A DNA stretch of 35,496 nucleotides from an uncultured Candidatus Peribacteria bacterium (lineage in GTDB: Bacteria > Patescibacteriota > Gracilibacteria > UBA1369 > LOWO2-01-FULL-3): assembly GCA_964385295.1 (NCBI GenBank), contig CAYLOL010000002.1:1-35496 (forward strand). The letters run 5' to 3'. How positions within the stretch are numbered: the first letter of the stretch is position 1; each line of letters opens with the position of its first letter. Below the pieces are notes generated by a model. That model worked only from the letters and a program-made list of their open reading frames with translations. It was not told where the DNA came from and did no database searches. Position numbers and translations under genes: made by a program. Below, in pieces: positions 24,926 through 33,442 of the stretch.

Positions 24926-24959
24926 CCGGCGGACATCGTGTTCGCCGGGCTTTTCTTTA
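24926..24959 (+). terminator. Rho-independent terminator
   Basis: CCGGCGGACA-TCG-TGTTCGCCGG forms a stem, followed by GCTTTTCTTT. Confidence 0.6.
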
Positions 24960-25023
24960 TATGAGCTTTTTCTTTACTTCGGCGGGTTCTTCCATTAAAT
25001 TTACAGCAAGGTAAATTAATAAA

Positions 25024-25959
25024 ATGGATTTCAAAGGTCAAAGCATTATCTCTACAAAGCAATTCGATAAGGATTCGCTTTTGGAGCTTTTTGAGCTAGC
25101 TAAGAAAATGGAAGAGATTTTGGATAATGGGGGACGGAAGGATTTGTTGCATGGGAAGATATTGGCGACACTTTTCTTTGAGCCATCGACTAGAACTCGC
25201 TTTAGTTTTGAGACTGCGATGCTGAGACTTGGAGGGAAGGTGATTAGTAATGCGGATATGATGAGTACTTCTTCATTGAAAAAACGCGAAACTCTTGAGG
25301 ATACCGGAAAAGTTCTTTCACAGATGGCAGATATAATTGCGATGAGACATCCTGAGGCTGGATCTGTTGCAAAGTTGGCGAGTAAAAGTGATGTCCCTGT
25401 TATAAACGGAGGGGATGGTTCTGCTGAACATCCCACACAGGGATTGCTGGATGTATATACGATATGGAAAGAGTTTGGAAAATTTGACGGCTTGACTATT
25501 GGTGTATATGGAGATTTGAAATATGGACGAGCACCGCATTCACATTGTGATTTACTTAGTAATTTTGATACTAAATTTATTTTTGTTTCGCCTGAGGCGC
25601 TGAAATATCCACCTGAAATTGTTGAAGAATTCAAGCAGGGTGGGCATGGGGTTATCGAGACTGAAGATTTGAAAAGTGTTATTGGTGATATGGATGTTGT
25701 GTCTTGTACTCGAGTACAGGAAGAGCGATTTGAGACTAAGGAAGAATATGAAAAATATGCGGGGGTTTATGTTTTGGATAAAGAGTTAGCTGAGAAGGTG
25801 AAGAAAGATGCAATTATTATTCATCCGTTGCCTAGGGTCGACGAGATTGCAGTTGAGGTGGATAGTGATCCAAGAGTGAAATACTTTGAGCAAGTGCGGA
25901 ATGGCGTTGCGATAAGAATGGCGCTGATGCTCATGGTGCTTGGGGTTGATTACAAATAA
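25024..25959 (+). CDS. pyrB: Aspartate carbamoyltransferase catalytic subunit
   Basis: Contains FFEPSTRTRFSFE, AEHPTQGLLD and IIHPLPRVDEI motifs. Length is 311 aa. Confidence 0.95.
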   Translation: MDFKGQSIISTKQFDKDSLLELFELAKKMEEILDNGGRKDLLHGKILATLFFEPSTRTRFSFETAMLRLGGKVISNADMMSTSSLKKRETLEDTGKVLSQMADIIAMRHPEAGSVAKLASKSDVPVINGGDGSAEHPTQGLLDVYTIWKEFGKFDGLTIGVYGDLKYGRAPHSHCDLLSNFDTKFIFVSPEALKYPPEIVEEFKQGGHGVIETEDLKSVIGDMDVVSCTRVQEERFETKEEYEKYAGVYVLDKELAEKVKKDAIIIHPLPRVDEIAVEVDSDPRVKYFEQVRNGVAIRMALMLMVLGVDYK

Positions 25960-25960
25960 T

Positions 25961-27274
25961 ATGAGCAAGAAATTATTTAAAGGAGGCGAGATTGTTACGG
26001 CTGAGGGTGTTTTTTTGCATGATTTGTTGATTGAGAATGGGAAGATTGTTGATTTTATTGATCCAGGGACTGATATTCCGGATGCGGAGATTATTGATTG
26101 TGCTGGGAAAACTATTTTGCCGGGATTTATTGATGCACATGTGCATTATCGGGATTTTGATCAGGCTTATAAGGCGGATTGGGAGAGTGAATCGAAGGCT
26201 GCTTTGGCTGGAGGTATTACGACTGTTCTGGATATGCCAAATAATGAGCCGAAAATTGTTACGGTTGATGCTTTGGAAGCGAAGCGGAAGCATGTGGCTG
26301 GTCGGTCGTATGTGAATTATGGATTCTTCTTTGGATATAATGGGAAAAATTTGGATGAAATTAAGAAGGCGAAAAATATTGCGGGGGTGAAGGTTTTTAT
26401 TGCGAATTCTACTGGAGATATGGGAGCTAATGTTGGTCTTGAAGAGCTTTTTGCTGGGACAAATCACAAGTTAGTCTTTCATGCTGAGGATGAGTCGATT
26501 ATCAATGAAAATACAGCGAGATATATGGCTGAATACGAGGGACGAGAGGTTGATCCGGCTGTTCATTCGAAAATTCGAAGTCCAGAGGCTGCCGAGAAGG
26601 CGGTTGGAGATGTGATGAAATATGCGAAGGATTATCAGGGCCGTATTCATATTGCTCATGTTTCGACTGAGGCTGAAGTGGATCTAATTGCGGCAAACAA
26701 GAAATTTGGGGTGACGTGTGAGGTTTCGCCGCATCACTTACTATTGAGCGAGAGTGATTATGAGACTTTGGGGATAAAGATAAAGGTGAATCCGCCTGTG
26801 CGTGGAGCGTCTGATCTTTTTGCAATGTGGAAAAATTTGAAATTTGGCGTGATTGATATTATTGCGACTGATCATGCACCGCACACATTGGAGGAAAAGG
26901 AAGGGAAGTATGAGTATGTGCCTGCGGGGATTCCGGAGGAGGATACTTTGGGGCCGATATTCTTGAATGCTGTGAATGATGAGGGGCTGAGTTTTGTGGA
27001 ATTGGTGAAGTTTTGTTGTGAGAGGCCGGCCGAGATTTATGGACTTACTGGGAAGGGGAAGATTGAGGAAGGATATGATGCTGATTTAGTGGTTGTGGAC
27101 ATGGATGAGGAGCGAAAAGTGGAGAGGTCGAAGTTGTTTACGAAATGTGGATGGTCTCCGTACGAGGGGCTTGTTCTTAAAGGGTGGCCTGTGATGACCT
27201 TTATTGGGGGTGAATTGGTTTATGAGAAGGGGGAGATTATGGGAGAGGCAGGAGGGGAGGAAGTGAAATTTTAA
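25961..27274 (+). CDS. pyrC: Dihydroorotase
   Basis: Contains the FIDAHVHYRD metal-binding HxH, HIAHVST and ATDHAPH motifs. The ATG at 25961 lies immediately after the pyrB stop. Confidence 0.9.
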   Translation: MSKKLFKGGEIVTAEGVFLHDLLIENGKIVDFIDPGTDIPDAEIIDCAGKTILPGFIDAHVHYRDFDQAYKADWESESKAALAGGITTVLDMPNNEPKIVTVDALEAKRKHVAGRSYVNYGFFFGYNGKNLDEIKKAKNIAGVKVFIANSTGDMGANVGLEELFAGTNHKLVFHAEDESIINENTARYMAEYEGREVDPAVHSKIRSPEAAEKAVGDVMKYAKDYQGRIHIAHVSTEAEVDLIAANKKFGVTCEVSPHHLLLSESDYETLGIKIKVNPPVRGASDLFAMWKNLKFGVIDIIATDHAPHTLEEKEGKYEYVPAGIPEEDTLGPIFLNAVNDEGLSFVELVKFCCERPAEIYGLTGKGKIEEGYDADLVVVDMDEERKVERSKLFTKCGWSPYEGLVLKGWPVMTFIGGELVYEKGEIMGEAGGEEVKF

Positions 27275-27334
27275 CTAGGTTGACAAAGTATGGAGTTGGT
27301 GCTAGAATCTTCTCTATTCTTTAATCACATCGTG

Positions 27335-28903
27335 ATGAAAAAACTACTATGTTCGTTGATGACGCTCGTTTTATTGATGAGCTCAAGTGTGGCCATGGCT
27401 GTTGCTAACTCTACTTTGGAGGTTGTCGTGAGTCCGAATTCTCCCGTAGGAGCTACTCTTCCTTCAGGTGTTGTTGCTGATGTGGCGGTATTTGATTTTA
27501 CTGCTCGTGGAGGAGATGTTGATATCTATGGATTGACCGTTAGCACTTATGGTCTTACAAACTTGCCTACTGACCATGCTCTGTATTTATATGAAGGAGA
27601 TGATAGGTTATCTAATGATGAACAATTAGATCTACAGAATTTGGTAACTTTTGACGATTTTGATAGAGAAATTGAAGATGGGGAAATTTTATCTCTGACC
27701 TTAAAGCTTGATGTTGGGACTGTTGGACCGTCTCATGTTATAGGTGGATTTGAAATAAGTGCTGCAGGCGATATGGATATTAATACTAGTCTTGTTAATG
27801 GGGCTTTCCCAATACAGGCTGATTCTTTTGCTCTTTCTCAAGCAAGTACTGGTACTGTGATAATCCAGAAAAATGGACTAATTCAAAATCCAGATGTGGA
27901 TGAAGATGATGTGACTCTTGCAAAGTTCAAAATTGGTGCAAATCAAGAGGATGCACGAATTGAACAGTTGAGTGTCCGTTTTGGTGGATCGATTAATACT
28001 GATGAAATTGAGAATCTTGAATTGTATAGTGCTGGAGATCTAAATCCTATTGCTACTGTTGCGAATATTGATGATACTTATCATTTAGCAAATTTTGTTC
28101 TAGATAATCCGTTTACAATTCAAAGAGGAGATTGGAGTGCGTTTACCGTGAAGGCAGATCTAAATACTGGAAGAACTGGAGATGATATTAATGTATTTTT
28201 TCATGAAGATGTTGATGTAGTTGCTATTGGAGAGACTTATGGATATGGAATGAATGTAGATCGATCATCGTATGATGGAGCTCCTTGTAATGATGCTTCT
28301 GGTGATTGTAGTTATTCGGAGGTTGTTGCTGGTGATCTTGCGGTTGTGTTTCAAGTAACGGGGCCTGCGTATACGGTCTATCCTATTAATACAAATGATG
28401 CAGTTTTGATGAACATTACAGTTACTGCTTTGCAAGATAGTACAATTAAAAGTTTGGAGATTATTATGGCTGCAAATGAAAGAAGGGTTGGTCAAGGGTT
28501 ACTTAATAATGGAGTTGCAAATTTTACTGACATCAAGCTTTCTGATGCTGTAACTGGTTCAACGCTTATGGGGCCTATCGATGTGGATTCTTTCACAACA
28601 ACATCTTTAGGGTCTACTGCAATTACCGAAAATAGAGATCGATTGGGGTTCTATAATTTTACTGATGATATTTGTATGGATGAAGGTGAGGTGTTGGAGC
28701 TTGTTCTTACTGCGGATGTTTCAAATAGTGGAGCTCTAGTAGGGACTCACTTTGTGGGAGCTCTTAATCTTAATGCTGATACTCCAGTGATTAGAGATGT
28801 TAATAATAAAATTATTGATAATAGTGTGGGGCTTTATCCTCTTTGGAAATTGAGAGGAAGGCTTATGAGGGTTGGTGGGATTAAACGTTCGTTTAGGAAA
28901 TAA
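27335..28903 (+). CDS. Secreted hypothetical protein built from three related modules
   Basis: ATG at 27335 gives a signal peptide (MKKLLCSLMTLVLLMSSSVAMA). Recurrent strand-like motifs are GEILSLTLKLDVG, GDWSAFTVKADLN and GEVLELVLTADVS. A second set is DVDIYGLTVSTYG, ARIEQLSVRFGG and STIKSLEIIMAA. Confidence 0.7.
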   Translation: MKKLLCSLMTLVLLMSSSVAMAVANSTLEVVVSPNSPVGATLPSGVVADVAVFDFTARGGDVDIYGLTVSTYGLTNLPTDHALYLYEGDDRLSNDEQLDLQNLVTFDDFDREIEDGEILSLTLKLDVGTVGPSHVIGGFEISAAGDMDINTSLVNGAFPIQADSFALSQASTGTVIIQKNGLIQNPDVDEDDVTLAKFKIGANQEDARIEQLSVRFGGSINTDEIENLELYSAGDLNPIATVANIDDTYHLANFVLDNPFTIQRGDWSAFTVKADLNTGRTGDDINVFFHEDVDVVAIGETYGYGMNVDRSSYDGAPCNDASGDCSYSEVVAGDLAVVFQVTGPAYTVYPINTNDAVLMNITVTALQDSTIKSLEIIMAANERRVGQGLLNNGVANFTDIKLSDAVTGSTLMGPIDVDSFTTTSLGSTAITENRDRLGFYNFTDDICMDEGEVLELVLTADVSNSGALVGTHFVGALNLNADTPVIRDVNNKIIDNSVGLYPLWKLRGRLMRVGGIKRSFRK

Positions 28904-28922
28904 ATTGTTTGAAAAATATAAA

Positions 28923-28955
28923 AGAGCCCGCGAGAAATCGTGGGCTCTTTTTGTT
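28923..28955 (+). terminator. Rho-independent terminator
   Basis: AGAGCCCGCGA-GAAA-TCGTGGGCTCT forms an 11-bp stem with a GAAA loop, followed by TTTTGTT. Confidence 0.7.
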
Positions 28956-29029
28956 ATGAAATTTTGCTAGGATTGGTGCAAAATTCAAAGGGTTTTGTGA
29001 CAAGTCGGGGGAGCTGCCTTTCATTGGGG

Positions 29030-29057
29030 GTGACAATTTTTTCAAAAGTGATAGAAT
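29030..29057 (+). promoter_or_regulatory. Promoter candidate for the 948-aa SLH gene
   Basis: GTGACA, a 16-nt spacer, then TAGAAT preceded by TGA (extended -10 type). It lies about 40 nt upstream of the ATG at 29097. Confidence 0.4.
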
Positions 29058-29096
29058 TGTGGACCAGTTCGTAGGTGAATAATTTAAGCTTGGTCT

Positions 29097-31943
29097 ATGA
29101 AAAAATTAATTTATTTAATAGTTTTAACTCTGATTTTTTCGAGCTCGTTTAACAGTTCTATTTTTGCTTCAAGTAATATGCTTTTTAGTGATGTGGGTGT
29201 TTCTCATGAGAATTATGAAGCGATATCTTACCTAAAAGATCAGGGGATTCTTGTTGGGTATCCAGATGGTAGCTTTAGGCCTTATGGGCTCGTGAATAGA
29301 GCTGAATTTTTGAAAATTCTTATTGAGATGTCTGGGTATAATTTTTATGGTTCCAATTGTTATCCGGATGTTGCGAATCAGTGGTTTGCTCCTTATGTTT
29401 GCACTGCAAAGAGTTTGGGTTTTGTTAATGGTTATGATGATGGATATTTTCGTCCTGAAGAGACTATAAATTTTGCTGAAGCAAGCAAGATGGTTGCAAA
29501 CTCCTTTTTGCTTAATAGCAGTTTTGGTGGCGAGGCTTGGTATACTTCTTTTGTAAAAGTATTGGAAAATTTGCGTGCTATACCTCGTACAATTTTGAGT
29601 TTTGGTCAAAAATTGACTCGGGCAGAAGTTGCTGAGATTATTTGGCGTATCTCTACGGGCAATAAATATTTGGACTCAAATAGTTATGAAGGGTTGAAAA
29701 TGGGCTTGTTTATGGAGACAAGTTTTCCTATTGAGGATGTGACGAATGATGACTTGAGTGGTGATGCTGGTGATGAGGACGAGTTTTGTTTTTTTGTTGA
29801 TGGGAAGTATATTTGCGAAACCGTAAGTGATTCATCGGCTAGTAGGGGTAGTTCTAGTAGTCATGGGAGTTATGATCCGGGTGACGACGATGATGATGTT
29901 GTTGGTGATGACGACGACGACGATGATGATGTTGTTGGTGATGACGACGATGATGATGTTGTTGGTGATGACGACGACGATGTTGTTGGTGATGACGACG
30001 ACGATGATGATGACGATTGTATTGAAGGGAATTGTTTGTACTTCGATATTGGTTCCAGAGACGATGCTTTGCCTGAAATGGATATGTATTTTACTGCTGA
30101 ACCTTGTGATGATATATCTGGTTATGATTGTGCTGGCACTTCGGTTTGGGGCGTTATGTACGATAGGGATACTGCATACTTTGGTTATTATGAGCTAAAA
30201 GATGGGTATGTTGATCCAGAAGGTCAGGGGAGAGATTATGAATGGGATCTTTATTCTGATTTTATTGACGAATTAGAACCTGATAATTCTGGAGGTGAAT
30301 GGGTTACGGCTAGGCTTGTTAAACCGAGGAGATTAGGTGGGATTGTGGTAAAAGGAGATGAATTTACTTCTCTTGATTTTGCTAGCGATGATTTATATTT
30401 GACCGTTAGGTATAAAGACACTTTGGTTAATCAACTTACTGAACATACTGATGATGGCGATGGGGCTAGTCTTTATTTGGTTTCCAATGGAAGCAAGACG
30501 GAGCTTGGTAAATTGGGTGGTACTTTTGATAAAAAGTGGAAGACTGAACAATTTGTTGTTCCTGCTGGTAGTTGGGAGAAGGCAAACATGGGTGTGTTTT
30601 TTGGGGATCCTGACGCTCCTTACAGTAATCATATAATGGGTGAACTTCCTATTGATAAATTAAAGCTATCTGCCTCTGATGGTAAAAGTGAATTTGAAGC
30701 TGATAGTAATGGATTTTGGCCTGATGTTCCCGAAACAAATTACCCCAATATTGGAAGGGATTTTAAGCTAAGGGCTGATGGTGATCCAACTTTTATTTAT
30801 GGTGCTTATATTGAGCATCATTTTGAGTATTATGGTGGTTTTGATTTTTGGCAAAAATTGGAAGATACAAAAATGAATACATATGTTTTTCACAATTGGT
30901 TGGATACGAATGATATTTGGTACGATTATTATGAAGATGTTGGGCATTTGTATTTGGGCCTTGAAAATCAGCTCCAATATTGTGCGGACAATGATATTCT
31001 TGTGATTCCAAATCCTATGAAAAACAATGATATGTATACCTTGGCTTCGCATGTTTATGGGGGGACTACTGGGTTTTTGGATATGTTCGGGGATGTTGTC
31101 TCAACTTATGCTGAAAATGCTTACCTTGCGGCTTGGAATATGATAGATGAGATTGATAACGAAGGATATGATGAGGCTGGTCGGCCACTTATTTTCTCGG
31201 TTGATAATTATGCGATGCAAAGGAATGAGGCTCCTTATATTCCGTCTTTTGTAACTGTGATGGGGTGGATGTATGAGCCGTTTTTTGAGATTGTTGATAT
31301 TTATAACTTTGCAGATATTATTGCGATTGATAGTTATTTAAATGGGGATGTGCAGGATAGATTATATCAACAGGGTGATAAGTTAGATTCGGCAAGGGAG
31401 GTTTTTGGAGATGACAAGCTTATTATTCTTGTAGGAGAGGGAAATCCTTCTGGTAGTTTTACTCACGACAACAGATATCCAGCCTGTGTTGGTAATGAGT
31501 ATTTGTGTAGGGAGGAAGTTTTGGCACAAGTTTATGGAGCCTTGGTCCATGGAGCAAAAGGATTTTTGTTTTACAAGTTTATTGATGAAGATCTTGCTGG
31601 GGAAAGTTTACTGGAGGGTATGACCGAGGCTGGCAATGAGCTTTTTGGAGATAGTGCTTATCCAGATAGAATCCCTGTGAGCGAGATTGTCCTAGATGCT
31701 TCTGATAGTGTTGTGTATGGGAATGATGACTCTGTTTATTATTTCCATAAGGTCTTGAGTGGTGGGGATGAGTATTTGATTGCGATAAATATGGATGTGA
31801 ATGATCCTGCCGAGGTTGTTTTCTCTGGTCTTGGCGGTATCGAAGCGGAAGATATTTTTTCCGGAGATAATTTTACTGTAAGTAGTGGTGCCTTTGGTGA
31901 CAATTTAAGCTCTTTAGAAAGAAAAGTTTATAAGATCCAGTAA
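29097..31943 (+). CDS. Secreted protein with N-terminal SLH domains, a poly-Asp array and a large C-terminal domain (possibly clan GH-A glycoside-hydrolase-like)
   Basis: Has a signal peptide, then SLH repeats (FSDVGVSHENYEAISYLKDQGILVGYPDGSFRP..NRAEF; YPDVANQWFAPYVCTAKSLGFVNGYDDGYFRP). An Asp array follows at about aa 262-307. The C-terminal region contains AAWNMIDEIDNEG and LIILVGEGN, which resemble the N-E acid/base and nucleophile Glu contexts of TIM-barrel hydrolases. That assignment is weak. Confidence 0.8.
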   Translation: MKKLIYLIVLTLIFSSSFNSSIFASSNMLFSDVGVSHENYEAISYLKDQGILVGYPDGSFRPYGLVNRAEFLKILIEMSGYNFYGSNCYPDVANQWFAPYVCTAKSLGFVNGYDDGYFRPEETINFAEASKMVANSFLLNSSFGGEAWYTSFVKVLENLRAIPRTILSFGQKLTRAEVAEIIWRISTGNKYLDSNSYEGLKMGLFMETSFPIEDVTNDDLSGDAGDEDEFCFFVDGKYICETVSDSSASRGSSSSHGSYDPGDDDDDVVGDDDDDDDDVVGDDDDDDVVGDDDDDVVGDDDDDDDDDCIEGNCLYFDIGSRDDALPEMDMYFTAEPCDDISGYDCAGTSVWGVMYDRDTAYFGYYELKDGYVDPEGQGRDYEWDLYSDFIDELEPDNSGGEWVTARLVKPRRLGGIVVKGDEFTSLDFASDDLYLTVRYKDTLVNQLTEHTDDGDGASLYLVSNGSKTELGKLGGTFDKKWKTEQFVVPAGSWEKANMGVFFGDPDAPYSNHIMGELPIDKLKLSASDGKSEFEADSNGFWPDVPETNYPNIGRDFKLRADGDPTFIYGAYIEHHFEYYGGFDFWQKLEDTKMNTYVFHNWLDTNDIWYDYYEDVGHLYLGLENQLQYCADNDILVIPNPMKNNDMYTLASHVYGGTTGFLDMFGDVVSTYAENAYLAAWNMIDEIDNEGYDEAGRPLIFSVDNYAMQRNEAPYIPSFVTVMGWMYEPFFEIVDIYNFADIIAIDSYLNGDVQDRLYQQGDKLDSAREVFGDDKLIILVGEGNPSGSFTHDNRYPACVGNEYLCREEVLAQVYGALVHGAKGFLFYKFIDEDLAGESLLEGMTEAGNELFGDSAYPDRIPVSEIVLDASDSVVYGNDDSVYYFHKVLSGGDEYLIAINMDVNDPAEVVFSGLGGIEAEDIFSGDNFTVSSGAFGDNLSSLERKVYKIQ
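29881..30017 (+). repeat. Imperfect tandem (GAY)n-GTTGTTGGT codon repeat
   Basis: Encodes DDDDDVVG DDDDDDDDVVG DDDDDDVVG DDDDDVVG DDDDDDDDD. The Asp-run lengths vary between units. Confidence 0.85.
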
Positions 31944-31998
31944 TATTTGTTTGAGTGTGGTTTTGTGTTAAAGTATTGGCGAAATTTAAAGGGCTTTT

Positions 31999-32913
31999 AT
32001 GGCAAATCTAGAAATTGAGTTTTGTGGGGTTGCGTTCAAGAATCCGACCGTTGTTGCTTCTGGGGTTCTTGGTGTTACTGCTGCTAGTTTGAAGAATGTG
32101 GTGAAGAATGGGGCGGGTGGAGTTACTACGAAGTCGATTTGGTTAGAAGAGCATCCGGGACATAAAAATCCTACTATGTTTGGGACGGAGCATTATTTTA
32201 TGAATGCGGTTGGGTTGTCAGATGCAGGATTGGAGAAAGCTGAAAACGAGATGTTCCCTGAGTACATGAAAAATAAGCCGGCGCCTATTATTGCTAATAT
32301 TGTGGCGGGGAAGATTGATGATTTTGGCGAGTTGGCGGAGAGGATTACAAAGCTTAATCCGGATATTATTGAGGTAAATATTTCGTGTCCGAATGTGGAG
32401 GATGAATTTGGGAAACCTTTTGCTTGTAGTTTGACTGATGCAGCAAAAGTTACAAAAACTGTGCGAGCAAAGACTGATAAGCCGGTTATAATTAAGCTGT
32501 CGCCGAATGTGAGTAATATTGGCGAGATTGCGAAATCTTGCGTAGCGGAAGGGGCGGATGGATTTTGTGCTATCAATACTGTTGGGCCAGGAATGGCTAT
32601 CGATATTGATGCGCGGATGCCGATTTTGGCGAATAAGGTTGGGGGAGTGAGTGGGCCTGCGATAAAGCCTATTGCCGTGAAATGTATCAACGATGTGTGG
32701 AAGGCTACTGGAAAGCCTATCATAGGGACTGGAGGAGTGATGACTGGCGAGGATGCTATTGAGCTTATGATGGCTGGAGCGAGGCTCATTGGGATGGGAA
32801 CTATGGTTTATTATCGAGAGGTTGCTGGGTTTGGGGATGTAGTGAAGGAGATGGGGGCTTGGTGTGATGAGAATGGAGTGAAGAATTTGGAAGAAATTAT
32901 TGGAATAATTTAA
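31999..32913 (+). CDS. pyrD: Dihydroorotate dehydrogenase, class 1B catalytic subunit
   Basis: Contains FKNPTVVASG, the NISCPNV active-site Cys context, AINTVGP and GTGGV motifs. The adjacent pyrK supports class 1B. Confidence 0.93.
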   Translation: MANLEIEFCGVAFKNPTVVASGVLGVTAASLKNVVKNGAGGVTTKSIWLEEHPGHKNPTMFGTEHYFMNAVGLSDAGLEKAENEMFPEYMKNKPAPIIANIVAGKIDDFGELAERITKLNPDIIEVNISCPNVEDEFGKPFACSLTDAAKVTKTVRAKTDKPVIIKLSPNVSNIGEIAKSCVAEGADGFCAINTVGPGMAIDIDARMPILANKVGGVSGPAIKPIAVKCINDVWKATGKPIIGTGGVMTGEDAIELMMAGARLIGMGTMVYYREVAGFGDVVKEMGAWCDENGVKNLEEIIGII

Positions 32914-32921
32914 TAGTCAAT

Positions 32922-33437
32922 ATGACACGATTACCAGATGATGTGTTTGAGAATGTAGAGGTGAGTCCTAAAGATGGTTGTGATTGTTTGCTTGGGAGAT
33001 ATTCTGAGGCGTTGAAAAATGTGGGTTTTGTTGTTGAGGCGGGAGAGTTAAGCGAGCTTGTTTCTCGTGTTTTCAGAAAGGGGAGTGGCTTGATCCTACT
33101 TGAGTATCCCAAGCTTTTATTACAGTTACTGAATACGCATATAGAGGCTTTGAAAGCTATTTCGGAGCTTAACGATCGTACTCCCATTATCCATAAGCTT
33201 GCTAAGCAGGGTTTTGATATTATTCAAGAATATTTAAAAAACTATCCCGAGAAACAGGCGGAGATATTAAGTGTTTTTAATATTGATTCTTTTTCTGTTC
33301 CTGGTTTGATGGAATCTAGAGACTTTCCTTATAAGGAAGTTGTCGATGTTGCGTTTTCTTCATTGAAAACAAATGATGATGATTTGGTGCTTATATTTGA
33401 TGAATTGTGTAAATTGTTAAGTAAAGAATATAATTAA
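32922..33437 (+). CDS. Hypothetical protein (171 aa) between pyrD and pyrK
   Basis: The ORF starts 8 nt after the pyrD stop and ends 5 nt before the pyrK start, on the same strand. It appears helical from composition and I recognise no motif. Confidence 0.6.
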   Translation: MTRLPDDVFENVEVSPKDGCDCLLGRYSEALKNVGFVVEAGELSELVSRVFRKGSGLILLEYPKLLLQLLNTHIEALKAISELNDRTPIIHKLAKQGFDIIQEYLKNYPEKQAEILSVFNIDSFSVPGLMESRDFPYKEVVDVAFSSLKTNDDDLVLIFDELCKLLSKEYN

Positions 33438-33442
33438 ATAAT

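Noticed and set aside
25038-25634. A 198-aa minus-strand ORF lies inside pyrB. Similar antisense ORFs lie inside pyrC, pyrD (32193-32789), pyrK (33434-34126) and pyrE/pyrF (34726-35175).
   Set aside because: All are antisense to enzymes with unambiguous motifs, and none has a motif of its own.
29827-30198. A 123-aa plus-strand ORF reads MMMLLVMTTT repeats.
   Set aside because: It is an alternative frame of the poly-Asp codon repeat within the 948-aa SLH gene, so it is a repeat-driven artefact.
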